55,621 bases of DNA, from positions 1-55,621 of IMG/VR virus record IMGVR_UViG_3300042327_001345; one strand, given 5' to 3'. The notes beneath the pieces are model-generated. The model saw only the letters and a program-made list of their open reading frames with translations. It was not told the origin of the DNA and ran no database searches. This document shows, piece by piece, positions 44,712 through 53,479 of this stretch (within the stretch, counting starts at the first letter, position 1; every line of letters begins with the position of its first letter). The stretch comes from a virus (Duplodnaviria; Caudoviricetes). A program made the position numbers and the translations under genes.

Positions 44712-46484
44712 ATGGCCATTCAAAGTCCGTTAGAACAAGTTAACAACGAATCCTCGTCTTATACCGGCGGACGGAATGTTTCGCCCTTGGCGCAAGAACA
44801 GCCTGTGACGCAAGATGTGATGCAAGACGAGGCTGAGGACGAATTGCCGTCTGCGCAGGCATCGCCGCCAGCAGTTGCGCAATTGACAGATCCCATTGCC
44901 GCGCAAATGGAAAAGTTTCGCGCCGGTCGGCAAGCCCTTGACGCGCAAATAACAAAGATGAAGGCCGCTTTAGCCGAGCGCCAAAAATTACCGTTTGACC
45001 CAGTCATGTTGGCAGTCGCCCAAGCCGCGGCAACCCCGTCCAGCACGGGCAGTGGCATTCAGGGTCTTGGCCGTATAGCTGGCGCGTATGGCGACGCTTA
45101 TTCAAAAGAGCGTCTGCGTCAAGAGGCAAACGCAAAAGAGCAATTAGCGTTATCTGAAAAACAATATGACTTGCTGAAACAAGAAGCGGGCCAAGAAGCG
45201 CTATACAAATTTGCTACCGGCCAAGGTCAGCAAGGCGTGCCGCCACAGGGCGGAACAAATGTAGCCGCGCTGACCACGCAAAGCACGAGCGCGCCACCAG
45301 TAGCTGATATTCCACCAACCGGAGGTATGCGACGCATCACCGATCAAGACATCATTCAATTGGCGATTGCCAATCCCGAAGCGGCTGAGATGTTGCGTCA
45401 GACTGCAAAAATGCAAAGGGATGCACTTGTTGTGACCGCTGAGGGTGTGTTCAACACAATTACCGGCAAGTTCGAAGTGAACTTTGAGATGCCGATCAAG
45501 CGGCCCGTGCGCGTGCTTGGCGAAGTTGACATGACCAAAGGTCAGTCGAAGCAGTACGACACTTTGATGAACAGATTAATGCAATCTGGAGCCACTGACG
45601 AACAGCTAGACCAAGCCGCGGCAAGCTTCGCGGCGCAAAACGGTATTGGCGGCGTACGCAAAAAACCAGACGGCACGTTCTCTGGGTTTGCAAGCCCACG
45701 CGAAAAGGCCAATATTGCTGAGCAAGACAAGGCGACAATTGCCAACCGAGCAGAAGAAAACAAGGCGGCTCGCACATCTATTTACGGCGCTGGGCAACGC
45801 GCACAAACCGTCGTACAGCAATCAAAAATTCTGTACAACCTTTCAACCGACCCTACAACAAGAAATGCGTTTGGTGTGTTGAATAAGCCGGGCGTGTTGA
45901 ACGCGTTTGCCCAAGCGGTATCGCAGGGGGTACAAGCTGGCGGCTCAACGATTGCGTTTCCCGGACTTGAGACTGCGGTGCGTAACGCGGGCGGCACACA
46001 GCAAGAAATCAATGCGGCAATCATTGCGGCGCAAGCTCAATCTGTATTGCAATTGATGGCCGCGCAAGATTACTTAAAAGGCCAAGGCGCGGTGTCCGAC
46101 GCGGAGCGTAGGCTGATCAGCAATCTTGCTGGTTCGTTGTCCGACACACCACAAACCATGGCCATGAAAGCTAAGGTAATCGAAGCGCGGGCAAATTACG
46201 ACAAGATGGTATCGGACGCTTTTTACAAATACGAAGAAACCAATCCAAACGCGACAGTGCAAGAGTTTTATCGCAAGTCACCTGAATTTAAAAATTTGTT
46301 CGAAGCTTACGACTCTCACATGGAGAAGTTGTATGGCCACTACTTTGGATCAAAATCCAGCACTAAACCTGCCGCCCCATCCACAAATCAAGCTCCGTCA
46401 AAAGCCCCGGCAAATGCGCCAAATCAAAATAGAACACCCGGCCCGCTGGAACAACGGATCATTGACGGTAGGAAGAAAAACTAA
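44712..46484 (+). CDS. Putative ejection protein (helical)
   Basis: 590 aa; KGQGAVSDAER motif; N-terminal SPLEQVNNESSSY. Confidence 0.7.
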   Translation: MAIQSPLEQVNNESSSYTGGRNVSPLAQEQPVTQDVMQDEAEDELPSAQASPPAVAQLTDPIAAQMEKFRAGRQALDAQITKMKAALAERQKLPFDPVMLAVAQAAATPSSTGSGIQGLGRIAGAYGDAYSKERLRQEANAKEQLALSEKQYDLLKQEAGQEALYKFATGQGQQGVPPQGGTNVAALTTQSTSAPPVADIPPTGGMRRITDQDIIQLAIANPEAAEMLRQTAKMQRDALVVTAEGVFNTITGKFEVNFEMPIKRPVRVLGEVDMTKGQSKQYDTLMNRLMQSGATDEQLDQAAASFAAQNGIGGVRKKPDGTFSGFASPREKANIAEQDKATIANRAEENKAARTSIYGAGQRAQTVVQQSKILYNLSTDPTTRNAFGVLNKPGVLNAFAQAVSQGVQAGGSTIAFPGLETAVRNAGGTQQEINAAIIAAQAQSVLQLMAAQDYLKGQGAVSDAERRLISNLAGSLSDTPQTMAMKAKVIEARANYDKMVSDAFYKYEETNPNATVQEFYRKSPEFKNLFEAYDSHMEKLYGHYFGSKSSTKPAAPSTNQAPSKAPANAPNQNRTPGPLEQRIIDGRKKN

Positions 46485-48289
46485 TGGAAGACCTTGACAA
46501 CCTATCTGAAAGCCAGCGCAAGGTAGCCCTGATGATCGCCGAAAAAGCGCGTGAGGCTGGTGTGGATCCTGAGTTGGCCTTAGCGCTTGCCTTTGTCGAA
46601 AACCGCTTCAGGCCAAAAGGCGTATCGCCAAAGGGGGCTATTGGCCCAATGCAAATCATGCCGGTAACGGCCAAAGCCTACGGCTATGAGGCCAAAGATT
46701 TGTACGACCTTGAAACAAATGTCGAGCTTGGCTTAAGAATCTTCAAAGACAACTTGGTCAATTACAACAACAACACGCGTGCCGCGCTAGCAAACTACAA
46801 CACGACTACGGCCAGAACAAAAAAATTCATCGAAGGCGGTGAAGATTTCAACGCGTTGTTGCCTGAAACTCAAAAATTCTTGGAAGATATTGACGCTATA
46901 CGCAACACTGATGCGCCCGGATTGATTGGTGTTGCGGCAACAAAACGTGCGCCTATTGATTTTGGCTCTTTGCCCAATGAGGAGCCGCCAGCCGCAGGTG
47001 CACCACAACCCGCGCCAGAAGAAGCGCCAGCAATAGATACCGAAAGCATGTTTGGCCCGATCGACGAAAACGATGCCGTTGGCCAGCCGCCCCCACCTGA
47101 GGCCCCGCCGGAGCCAAAATCTTTGCTTGGCCAAGCGGAAGAAGCTGTGATGGCTGGCATGAAAACAGTCAACGCAAACCCAGAGATTGCCGGGGCTACA
47201 GCGGCTGGAGCGGCTTTGGGATACAAGGCCGGGTCTGCCGGTATGGATTCTTTGAAATCTATGCAGGCCGGTGTTGAAAAGGCGCAGGGCAATCTGTTGG
47301 ATGCCCAAACCAAGCAAAACGCAACGCAAGTGGCCAAGCCACAGCTTTCGCAAGCCATCGACAAAACCTACGCCGAAATCGACGACACGGTAAAACAGCG
47401 GCAAGCCAAGCTTGATGCCATGAACAAAATGGTCATGGATCTTGACGAAGAAATCCAGCGCAAATCACCGCCCGAATTACGCGGCTCGCAAAAGTACGTT
47501 GACACGTTGGCTGGCGACGACCTGCCGTACAACCAAAAAACCATGGCCGACAACATGCGGTCAAACAACGCCACCGGCGGGCAACGGATCATCAACCAAA
47601 ACGCCGCCGCCAAACAAAAACTTGCCGGAATGGGTCTGGGTAATTACCAGCTTACAACCCCACAGCCGGGTCAGCTTGCTTTGCCGCCGGAACTGGCCGC
47701 AGAAGAGAATCGCAGAAACGCCGTGGCCGACAAAGCCCGCCGTCAGGCATTGTTGCAAGCCCAAAAAAGAGCCGAAGAAGCCAAGGCAAGCTTGGAAAAC
47801 GCCCAGCGGATGAAGGCTTTGCAAGAAAAGAACCGGGCATTGACCCAAACAAACTTAGAGTCTGACACTATCAAGGCCCAAGCCAACACACAAGCCGCTC
47901 AAGATGCCCTCAAGCAAGCAAAGGCCAACGCCCCGCGTGGGCTGGGTAAAGTTGGCGCGGCGGCTCAAACGGTTGCCGGTAAAACCTTAGGCGTTTTGGG
48001 TGGCGTAGCCGCACCATTGACAGCCGCAGAGGCTTTGGACAGATACCAAAAAGGCGACACCTCAGGAGCGGTCATTTCGGGGTTTGAGTCACTTTTTGCG
48101 GCCATGTCCATGCTACCCCCGGGCACGCCGCTCACGGCCTTCCTGAAGGGCTTGGGGATCACGGGTGGGCTGGCTACCGCGGCAATTGACTTATATCGCC
48201 AGCGCTCGCAACAGAAAGCCCCTCCGCCCCCACCTGCACCAAAATCACCGTTAGCTCAATCAAACACCTCTCCGATAGAATTAACGTAG
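46484..48289 (+). CDS. Internal virion protein with N-terminal lytic transglycosylase (SLT) domain
   Basis: GVDPELALALAFVENRF....SPKGAIGPMQIMP.TA...NVELG...ALANYN; hydrophobic Gly-rich C-terminus. Confidence 0.87.
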   Translation: MEDLDNLSESQRKVALMIAEKAREAGVDPELALALAFVENRFRPKGVSPKGAIGPMQIMPVTAKAYGYEAKDLYDLETNVELGLRIFKDNLVNYNNNTRAALANYNTTTARTKKFIEGGEDFNALLPETQKFLEDIDAIRNTDAPGLIGVAATKRAPIDFGSLPNEEPPAAGAPQPAPEEAPAIDTESMFGPIDENDAVGQPPPPEAPPEPKSLLGQAEEAVMAGMKTVNANPEIAGATAAGAALGYKAGSAGMDSLKSMQAGVEKAQGNLLDAQTKQNATQVAKPQLSQAIDKTYAEIDDTVKQRQAKLDAMNKMVMDLDEEIQRKSPPELRGSQKYVDTLAGDDLPYNQKTMADNMRSNNATGGQRIINQNAAAKQKLAGMGLGNYQLTTPQPGQLALPPELAAEENRRNAVADKARRQALLQAQKRAEEAKASLENAQRMKALQEKNRALTQTNLESDTIKAQANTQAAQDALKQAKANAPRGLGKVGAAAQTVAGKTLGVLGGVAAPLTAAEALDRYQKGDTSGAVISGFESLFAAMSMLPPGTPLTAFLKGLGITGGLATAAIDLYRQRSQQKAPPPPPAPKSPLAQSNTSPIELT

Positions 48290-48305
48290 CAGTTGCCCTC
48301 TCCTT

Positions 48306-48332
48306 AACCCGCTCTAGTGGCGGGTTTTTTTT
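48306..48332 (+). terminator. Terminator between convergent arms
   Basis: AACCCGC-TCTAGTG-GCGGGTT with an 8-T run. Confidence 0.8.
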
Positions 48333-48583
48333 CAGTCTTTTACGTAAGCATCGAGCTTCTTCAGTTCAAGCTTTGACCAAACAGCTAGCTGGTCTGCAAC
48401 GTTGCCGTTCATGGTTCGACATTCGCTGATGGCGGCATCCAGCACAGTTTTGGCCAACGAATAGGCCACGGCTCTTTGCACTTTTTCTGCAAATTGCTGG
48501 TAGTCCACATCCACGGCCAACACCGCGCCCGGACGGGGTGCAGATGCAAAAAAAATGTTTCTGACTTGATCTTCGGTCAACAT
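48332..48583 (-). CDS. Hypothetical protein
   Basis: GAGG RBS on minus strand; last gene of leftward operon. Confidence 0.7.
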   Translation of the reverse strand: MLTEDQVRNIFFASAPRPGAVLAVDVDYQQFAEKVQRAVAYSLAKTVLDAAISECRTMNGNVADQLAVWSKLELKKLDAYVKD

Positions 48584-48592
48584 GCTGTTTCC

Positions 48593-49390
48593 TCACGTAT
48601 GTTTGTTTTTCAATTGCCAATACATCAACAGATGCGTAAACATCTCCCACCCGCGCTTCAGATCCTCCTCTGTCCACTCTTTGAACACGACAAGAGACGG
48701 AATTTTGCGCGATACAAACAGGTTGCCGCACCGGGCTTCGGGCACGCCCAAGCCAACCCGGTAGGCCGCGAGTTGCAGTAGGTGCTCGTCATAAGCAACA
48801 ACATCGGCCTCGCTGTAAAACTCTTTGGTTTTTATGTCAACGACGATGCCCTTGTTGTTTTCGCTAGCTGGCAGGTACAGGTCAGTCTTGCCGCCAAACC
48901 CTAGCTCGTGCGCAAACGATCGCTCGCTGATCCACTCCTGAACACCAAAAACCTCTTCGAGCTTCTTGTCGGTTGCAAAGACACTGTGATGGTGCTTGTG
49001 AACCGGCTTCTTCTCAAAAAAGTTTTGGATAGATGCATGTATGTCTGTACCTGCATCTGCCGCGGATCGCCCTTGCTCTTTGCTGTCATCGATGATGCGG
49101 CTGATGTAATCGGCCTCAGGCTCACCCTCCAAGCGAGGCAAGGTTAGAGCGGCAAGCAACACTTGCTTTTGCAACCATGCCGTGAGCGCTGGCTTGGCCG
49201 CAATGTTCAACACCGTGGTAACGCTGGGCACAAGACTCTCTACCCGGGCATCCCGCAGGGTTGTATTGCGTTCTTTGCCGTTTTTGCCGGTGACCGTATA
49301 GCGAGGCACGCCATCACGCGTATACCAGTGGGTGCTTTCACTGGCGCGGATAGTAATGCCTGAGTCTGTATCGTTGTCAGTCATGTTCAT
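48593..49390 (-). CDS. PD-(D/E)XK exonuclease (phage recombination exonuclease)
   Basis: PSVTTVL, GTDIH, ER...GFGGKTDL...VVDIKT, LQLAAY. Confidence 0.87.
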   Translation of the reverse strand: MNMTDNDTDSGITIRASESTHWYTRDGVPRYTVTGKNGKERNTTLRDARVESLVPSVTTVLNIAAKPALTAWLQKQVLLAALTLPRLEGEPEADYISRIIDDSKEQGRSAADAGTDIHASIQNFFEKKPVHKHHHSVFATDKKLEEVFGVQEWISERSFAHELGFGGKTDLYLPASENNKGIVVDIKTKEFYSEADVVAYDEHLLQLAAYRVGLGVPEARCGNLFVSRKIPSLVVFKEWTEEDLKRGWEMFTHLLMYWQLKNKHT

Positions 49391-49782
49391 CCCAATCTCA
49401 AGACTTCAATTGTTTTGTTTTCCGGCCTGTAGCACACGGTTGAATTACCCGGCCCCCAAGCCTGAACACCCCAAGAAGATGTCTGTGAAAGGATTTTGAT
49501 TGGCTCATAAATATCCACAGGCACATAGCCAACCTCATTGACTTTTAAGGAGGCAATATGCGAACGAATATGTTTTGCCCTTTGTCCATGGGGGTAGCGC
49601 GGGTCGTTTGTTTTTGACTTGACCTTTTGAGGCTTCAAAGAATGCTTGTCCACGATGCTCGCATCCCCAAGCACCTGCTGACCGTTGCCATCACCAAGAT
49701 CAACGACAACGGCAAACTTGACCGGTAGCGCACCAAGCATTTTGATGGCGCGCTCCAATGTGGTTTTTTGTATCAGTTCCAT
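49387..49782 (-). CDS. Hypothetical protein
   Basis: AAGGAG RBS before ATG 49782 (MELIQKTTLER). Confidence 0.7.
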   Translation of the reverse strand: MELIQKTTLERAIKMLGALPVKFAVVVDLGDGNGQQVLGDASIVDKHSLKPQKVKSKTNDPRYPHGQRAKHIRSHIASLKVNEVGYVPVDIYEPIKILSQTSSWGVQAWGPGNSTVCYRPENKTIEVLRLG

Positions 49783-49792
49783 TTTTTTCTCC

Positions 49793-50455
49793 TTAAAAGG
49801 GAATGTCGTCGTCCATGTCGTCAAAGCCGGAAGATGCGGCTTGCTTCTGGGCTTTGGCCGATTGGTTTGGCACATCGCCGCCTCTTGACTGCCATTCAGG
49901 AGATGCTGAAATCTTTTCGCGCAAGCTATTGCTGAACGAATTGAACAAATCCATATCTGGATTGGTGATTGAAAAAATTGCGGCAGGGTTATGCGGAACC
50001 GGCAACGTGTCTTTCAAGACCTTGGGGACTGGGTTCAAGTTGAGAATGTTGGTATATGTTTTGCCGTCTTTGCCTATTGCTGTTCCAACCGCAATCATTG
50101 CCCACTTACCCAAAACCTTACGGATGTCAAACCCGCGCAATTCCTCAGCATTAAACGCCTCACCGCGCCATGCCTGCAAATCGGCACGCAACGTTGCCTT
50201 GTCGCTCAAGCTCAGGGTGTAGTTCTTGGAGATTGACATTGGCTCCCCCTTTGGAGTCACCAGCGGCGCACCTTTGTCGTCTTCGCCGTGCACTTCAAAC
50301 TGAAGCATGATCTTGTGTTGGTGTTTGAGTTCGCCATTGAATGTTGTTTTTTGCGTGCCCAAATCCACAATCCGGTAGCAACGGGCCATGTGTAGACCCG
50401 GTGGAACTGGTGTGAATGAAGAGCCGCCGCCGCTTTCAGACGCTATAAGAGACAT
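49793..50455 (-). CDS. Phage ssDNA-binding or annealing protein with SSB-type acidic tail
   Basis: FTPVPPG.H.ARC..IVDLGTQ, YTLSL..KA.LR, C-terminal FDDMDDDIPF. Confidence 0.8.
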   Translation of the reverse strand: MSLIASESGGGSSFTPVPPGLHMARCYRIVDLGTQKTTFNGELKHQHKIMLQFEVHGEDDKGAPLVTPKGEPMSISKNYTLSLSDKATLRADLQAWRGEAFNAEELRGFDIRKVLGKWAMIAVGTAIGKDGKTYTNILNLNPVPKVLKDTLPVPHNPAAIFSITNPDMDLFNSFSNSLREKISASPEWQSRGGDVPNQSAKAQKQAASSGFDDMDDDIPF

Positions 50456-50630
50456 GAGTGTTTCCTTTGGTGATGGTAAAAAAATGACCTTCCGGCATGC
50501 CGCATTCCATGCGGATCAACGCCCAGTCGGTCTTGGTAGCCGCGCCAGTCTCAGCCCTTTGCAGGGCCTCCTCTAACGCATGCATTCTTGAAAAATTCAA
50601 ATCGCTCAATTCGCTGTCGTGTGATTTCAT
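50436..50630 (-). CDS. Hypothetical protein
   Basis: 64-aa ORF in leftward operon. Confidence 0.6.
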   Translation of the reverse strand: MKSHDSELSDLNFSRMHALEEALQRAETGAATKTDWALIRMECGMPEGHFFTITKGNTHVSYSV

Positions 50631-50646
50631 AGTTTTGTCAGTTTTG

Positions 50647-50805
50647 TCAGTTGATCAGGTAAGCAATTGCCAGCGCTACGCCGCCCAAAATCGCGGTGGC
50701 TATGGCCAACAAGCCAGCCCGATCAAAGTCAGACATAACTTTGGGCTTGGCTAGCAGGGCAGATTGCAAACGGTTTTGGTCGGAAACGTCGGGATCTTCG
50801 CGCAT
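50647..50805 (-). CDS. Small membrane protein
   Basis: AAGGAG RBS before ATG 50805; C-terminal TM helix. Confidence 0.7.
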   Translation of the reverse strand: MREDPDVSDQNRLQSALLAKPKVMSDFDRAGLLAIATAILGGVALAIAYLIN

Positions 50806-50822
50806 GTTAAACTCCTTTAATT

Positions 50823-50871
50823 TATGATACCACAAAAAGTTTTATAACCTTTTTTGAGGTAGTGTATCATA
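50823..50871. promoter_or_regulatory. Back-to-back divergent promoters
   Basis: TATCAT -10 boxes on both strands (50824-50829 minus, TG-extended; 50865-50870 plus) within inverted repeat TATGATAC...GTATCATA; AT-rich spacer. Confidence 0.65.
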
Positions 50872-50893
50872 GCGACACAAATGGAGGTAATCG

Positions 50894-51103
50894 ATGACTT
50901 TGGCAGAATATTTTAAAGATAAACCGAAAGGCGCTCAGTCCATGCTGGCCAAGCAATTGGAGATCAGCGTTACTTGGCTCTCGTTGGTTCGCGTTGGAAA
51001 AAAGCTTCCCAGCGCAAAATTGGCGGTCAAAATTGAAAAGGCAACTTTGATGGTTGTTAAACGATCTGACCTGCGACCTGATATATTTGGAAAAGCAAAA
51101 TGA
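50894..51103 (+). CDS. Cro-like HTH regulator (YdaS-like)
   Basis: GGAGG RBS; GAQSMLAKQLEIS..WLS...PSAKLAVKIEKAT...V...DLRPDIF. Confidence 0.85.
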   Translation: MTLAEYFKDKPKGAQSMLAKQLEISVTWLSLVRVGKKLPSAKLAVKIEKATLMVVKRSDLRPDIFGKAK

Positions 51104-51435
51104 GGTGGCATAAGTTCGACATTGAAAAACACTACGAGCGGGCCGGGGGGCTATCGGTGGAGGATGACATGGCCTTGCGGCGTTTGATTGACATCTACTA
51201 CCTGTACGAAGAGCCGCTGTCCGCGGATGTGCAAGAGCTAGCGGAGTCGATTGACCTGCCAAGCGCAAATTTGGCCTACCTGTTGGTAAAGTTTTTTGAG
51301 TTTGACGGAGAAGCAAACTGTTGGCGCGACCCGGAAATCGATCGCGACCTAATGAAGCGAATACATCAGCGAAAGACAAACCGCCGCCTTGCCTTGCTGG
51401 GCGGTAGACCCAAAAAACAACCTAAAAGCGCATGA
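51100..51435 (+). CDS. DUF1376 (YdaU-like) protein, short paralogue
   Basis: MRWHKFDI..H......LS.EDD.A.RRLID.YY..E.PL...GGRPKK. Confidence 0.78.
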   Translation: MRWHKFDIEKHYERAGGLSVEDDMALRRLIDIYYLYEEPLSADVQELAESIDLPSANLAYLLVKFFEFDGEANCWRDPEIDRDLMKRIHQRKTNRRLALLGGRPKKQPKSA

Positions 51436-52181
51436 ACTACTTTCAATTCCACATTGGTGATTACAGAGCCGCCACAGCCCATCTTTCCAACGAAGAAGAC
51501 TTGGCGTACCGTCGTCTCATTGAGATGTACTACGACACTGAAAAACCTATCCCATTGGATACCCAGTGGGTTGCCAAACGGTTGCGAGTGGATAGCGAAG
51601 TCGTTAAGGCGGTTTTGCAGGACATGTTCTGTCAGACAGAATCTGGGTGGTCGCACAAAAGGTGCGATTCGGTCATCGAGCAATACCATTCGATGGCAGA
51701 AAAAAACAGGGCAAATGGGCGGCTTGGCGGAAGAAAAAAGAACCCAGTGGCTACCGACTGGGAACCCATCGCTAAGGCAACCAATAACCATGAACCAATA
51801 ACCAATAACCAATTAATTAAAGATGCTGGCGCATCTTTGGCGGAAACGAGGTTTCCACCTTGTCCACAACAGGCATTGATTGACCTTTGGAAAAAAAAAC
51901 TGCCACACCTACCGCAACCCCGGGTTTGGGAGGGTGCCAGACAGGGCCATATGCGGGCACGATGGGTGCAAGCGGCCAAACCGTCCAGCTTCTCCAAAGA
52001 CGGCTACAACACCATCCAGAGCGGTCTGGCGTGGTGGGAAAGCTTCTTTGCCTACATCGCGGATGACACGACGCTTTCGGCTGGCTACGAAACCCAAGGG
52101 CGCAGATGGGTGCCCGATCTGGTCTGGGTGGTGAACCCAACCAACTTCCAAAAAATCATTGACGGGAAATATCAAAAATGA
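51432..52181 (+). CDS. DUF1376 (YdaU-like) replication initiator
   Basis: MNYFQFHIGDY...TAHLS.EEDLAYRRL..MYY.TEKP, NG..GGR; C-terminal DL.WVV...NF.KIIDGKY. Confidence 0.85.
   Translation: MNYFQFHIGDYRAATAHLSNEEDLAYRRLIEMYYDTEKPIPLDTQWVAKRLRVDSEVVKAVLQDMFCQTESGWSHKRCDSVIEQYHSMAEKNRANGRLGGRKKNPVATDWEPIAKATNNHEPITNNQLIKDAGASLAETRFPPCPQQALIDLWKKKLPHLPQPRVWEGARQGHMRARWVQAAKPSSFSKDGYNTIQSGLAWWESFFAYIADDTTLSAGYETQGRRWVPDLVWVVNPTNFQKIIDGKYQK
51779..51813 (+). repeat. Five tandem 7-bp AACCAAT repeats plus AT-rich tract, candidate origin iterons
   Basis: AACCAAT AACCATG AACCAAT AACCAAT AACCAAT followed by TAATTAA inside initiator gene. Confidence 0.55.
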
Positions 52182-52414
52182 GCTTTGAAAAACCAAACCT
52201 GAACAAGTTCGACCGCGACGAAAGCGAAACCAAATCTCTGATGTGTCAAGAGCCGGGTTGCAAAAGCCGGTGGTCAGTCAACATGGGCTGGCGCAAATGC
52301 TCCCAGCACGCATGGGGTAAGTCATCAGACTTCGGACTGAGTGCACCCAGCAAGGTTGTGTTCACTCAGCCGCCTGTGCGCCCGTACACAGAAGTCGATG
52401 ACGAGATTTATTGA
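52178..52414 (+). CDS. Hypothetical protein with C-x4-C...C-x2-H motif
   Basis: ATGA overlap. Confidence 0.7.
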   Translation: MSFEKPNLNKFDRDESETKSLMCQEPGCKSRWSVNMGWRKCSQHAWGKSSDFGLSAPSKVVFTQPPVRPYTEVDDEIY

Positions 52415-52626
52415 TGAACCGGTATGAAGCAAACCAAATCCTCGACAAAGCCCGCGAGGGCCATCCTTGCTCAGAGGCTCGCGCCCTCCAATGTTTGTAT
52501 ATCACCGGAGACGCTGGAGTACATGCGCCAGTGCGAAGCGAGGGAGTGGATGATGAGGCATCGCCGGAAGATTGGCGAGGTCGGATCAGAAGCCGCGCAA
52601 TTGTGGTGGGCAGGAGTAAAAAATGA
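52411..52626 (+). CDS. Hypothetical protein (ALQCLYITGD), overlapping next gene
   Basis: Coupled ORF. Confidence 0.5.
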   Translation: MMNRYEANQILDKAREGHPCSEARALQCLYITGDAGVHAPVRSEGVDDEASPEDWRGRIRSRAIVVGRSKK

Positions 52627-52729
52627 CATTGATAAGCGTCGAGGAGTTGGAGCGAGCGCTGAACTTGTTAAAAGAATGGAGGTCGAGCGTGCAAAGCGAA
52701 ATAGTTCTACCGTGGCCACCAAGCGTTAA
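52523..52729 (+). CDS. Hypothetical protein (CEAREW...RG motif common in phage replication arms)
   Basis: GGAG before ATG 52523. Confidence 0.6.
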   Translation: MRQCEAREWMMRHRRKIGEVGSEAAQLWWAGVKNDIDKRRGVGASAELVKRMEVERAKRNSSTVATKR

Positions 52730-53060
52730 CAAATATTGGCGGACGTATCAAGGGCGTATGTTGGTTAGCGAAGAGGGTCGCAACTACATAGCCACCGTTG
52801 CTGATCAGATTTTGTTGCAGGGGTTTCGAAAAAACAAAACGTACGAAAACAAAATCATCGTACAAATTCAAGCCTACCGGCCAGACGAAAGAAAGCGCGA
52901 TCTTGACAACTTGTTTAAAGCTCCGCTTGACGCATTGGCCAAGGCGGGTGTTTACAAAGACGATAGTCAGATTGTTGACCTGCGAATCTTTTGGGCCAAA
53001 GAAAAAGGCGGAATGTTGAAAGTTTTAATAAGCGAGGTTGACGATGCACATAGTGATTAA
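52689..53060 (+). CDS. rusA: RusA-like Holliday junction resolvase
   Basis: LPWPPSVNKYWR, PD.RKRDLDNL.K..LDAL..AGV..DDSQI; GGAGG RBS before GTG 52689. Confidence 0.92.
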   Translation: MQSEIVLPWPPSVNKYWRTYQGRMLVSEEGRNYIATVADQILLQGFRKNKTYENKIIVQIQAYRPDERKRDLDNLFKAPLDALAKAGVYKDDSQIVDLRIFWAKEKGGMLKVLISEVDDAHSD

Positions 53061-53139
53061 CGTGTTGCTGATTACGGGCTTGCTCGTTTGGTTGGTCGTA
53101 CCAGTTTTGTTGGTCATTTTTGTATGGAGGAAAACATGA
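53044..53139 (+). CDS. 31-aa single-TM peptide (not in ORF track)
   Basis: GAGG RBS; MHIVINVLLITGLLVWLVVPVLLVIFVWRKT; ATGA overlap with next gene. Confidence 0.55.
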   Translation: MHIVINVLLITGLLVWLVVPVLLVIFVWRKT

Positions 53140-53468
53140 CGAAAGAACGTGATCCGCACAAAGCGGTTGATTACATTTTGTTGCACGCCACAAAATTTGC
53201 TGAAGCAAAAGCGCGGCGCACTGAGCTTGAGTATTTCTCAAAATCATTGAAGGCAATTCTGATGAAGCAAAGCGGCGAGTCAAGTATTGCCGCGCAAGAG
53301 CGTGAGGCGTATGCCCATAAAGATTACGAGATTCATATAGCAGGCATCAAAGACGCTACCGCGATAGAAGAAAAGCTTCGCTGGGATCTAAAGGCCGCGG
53401 AATTACGCGTTGAAATTTGGCGCACAGAACAAGCTAATGCGCGACAAGAATTTAAGGCAACCGTATAA
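53136..53468 (+). CDS. Helical hypothetical protein (AQEREAYAH motif)
   Basis: GGAGG RBS before ATG 53136. Confidence 0.75.
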   Translation: MTKERDPHKAVDYILLHATKFAEAKARRTELEYFSKSLKAILMKQSGESSIAAQEREAYAHKDYEIHIAGIKDATAIEEKLRWDLKAAELRVEIWRTEQANARQEFKATV

Positions 53469-53479
53469 AAGAGGCGGAA

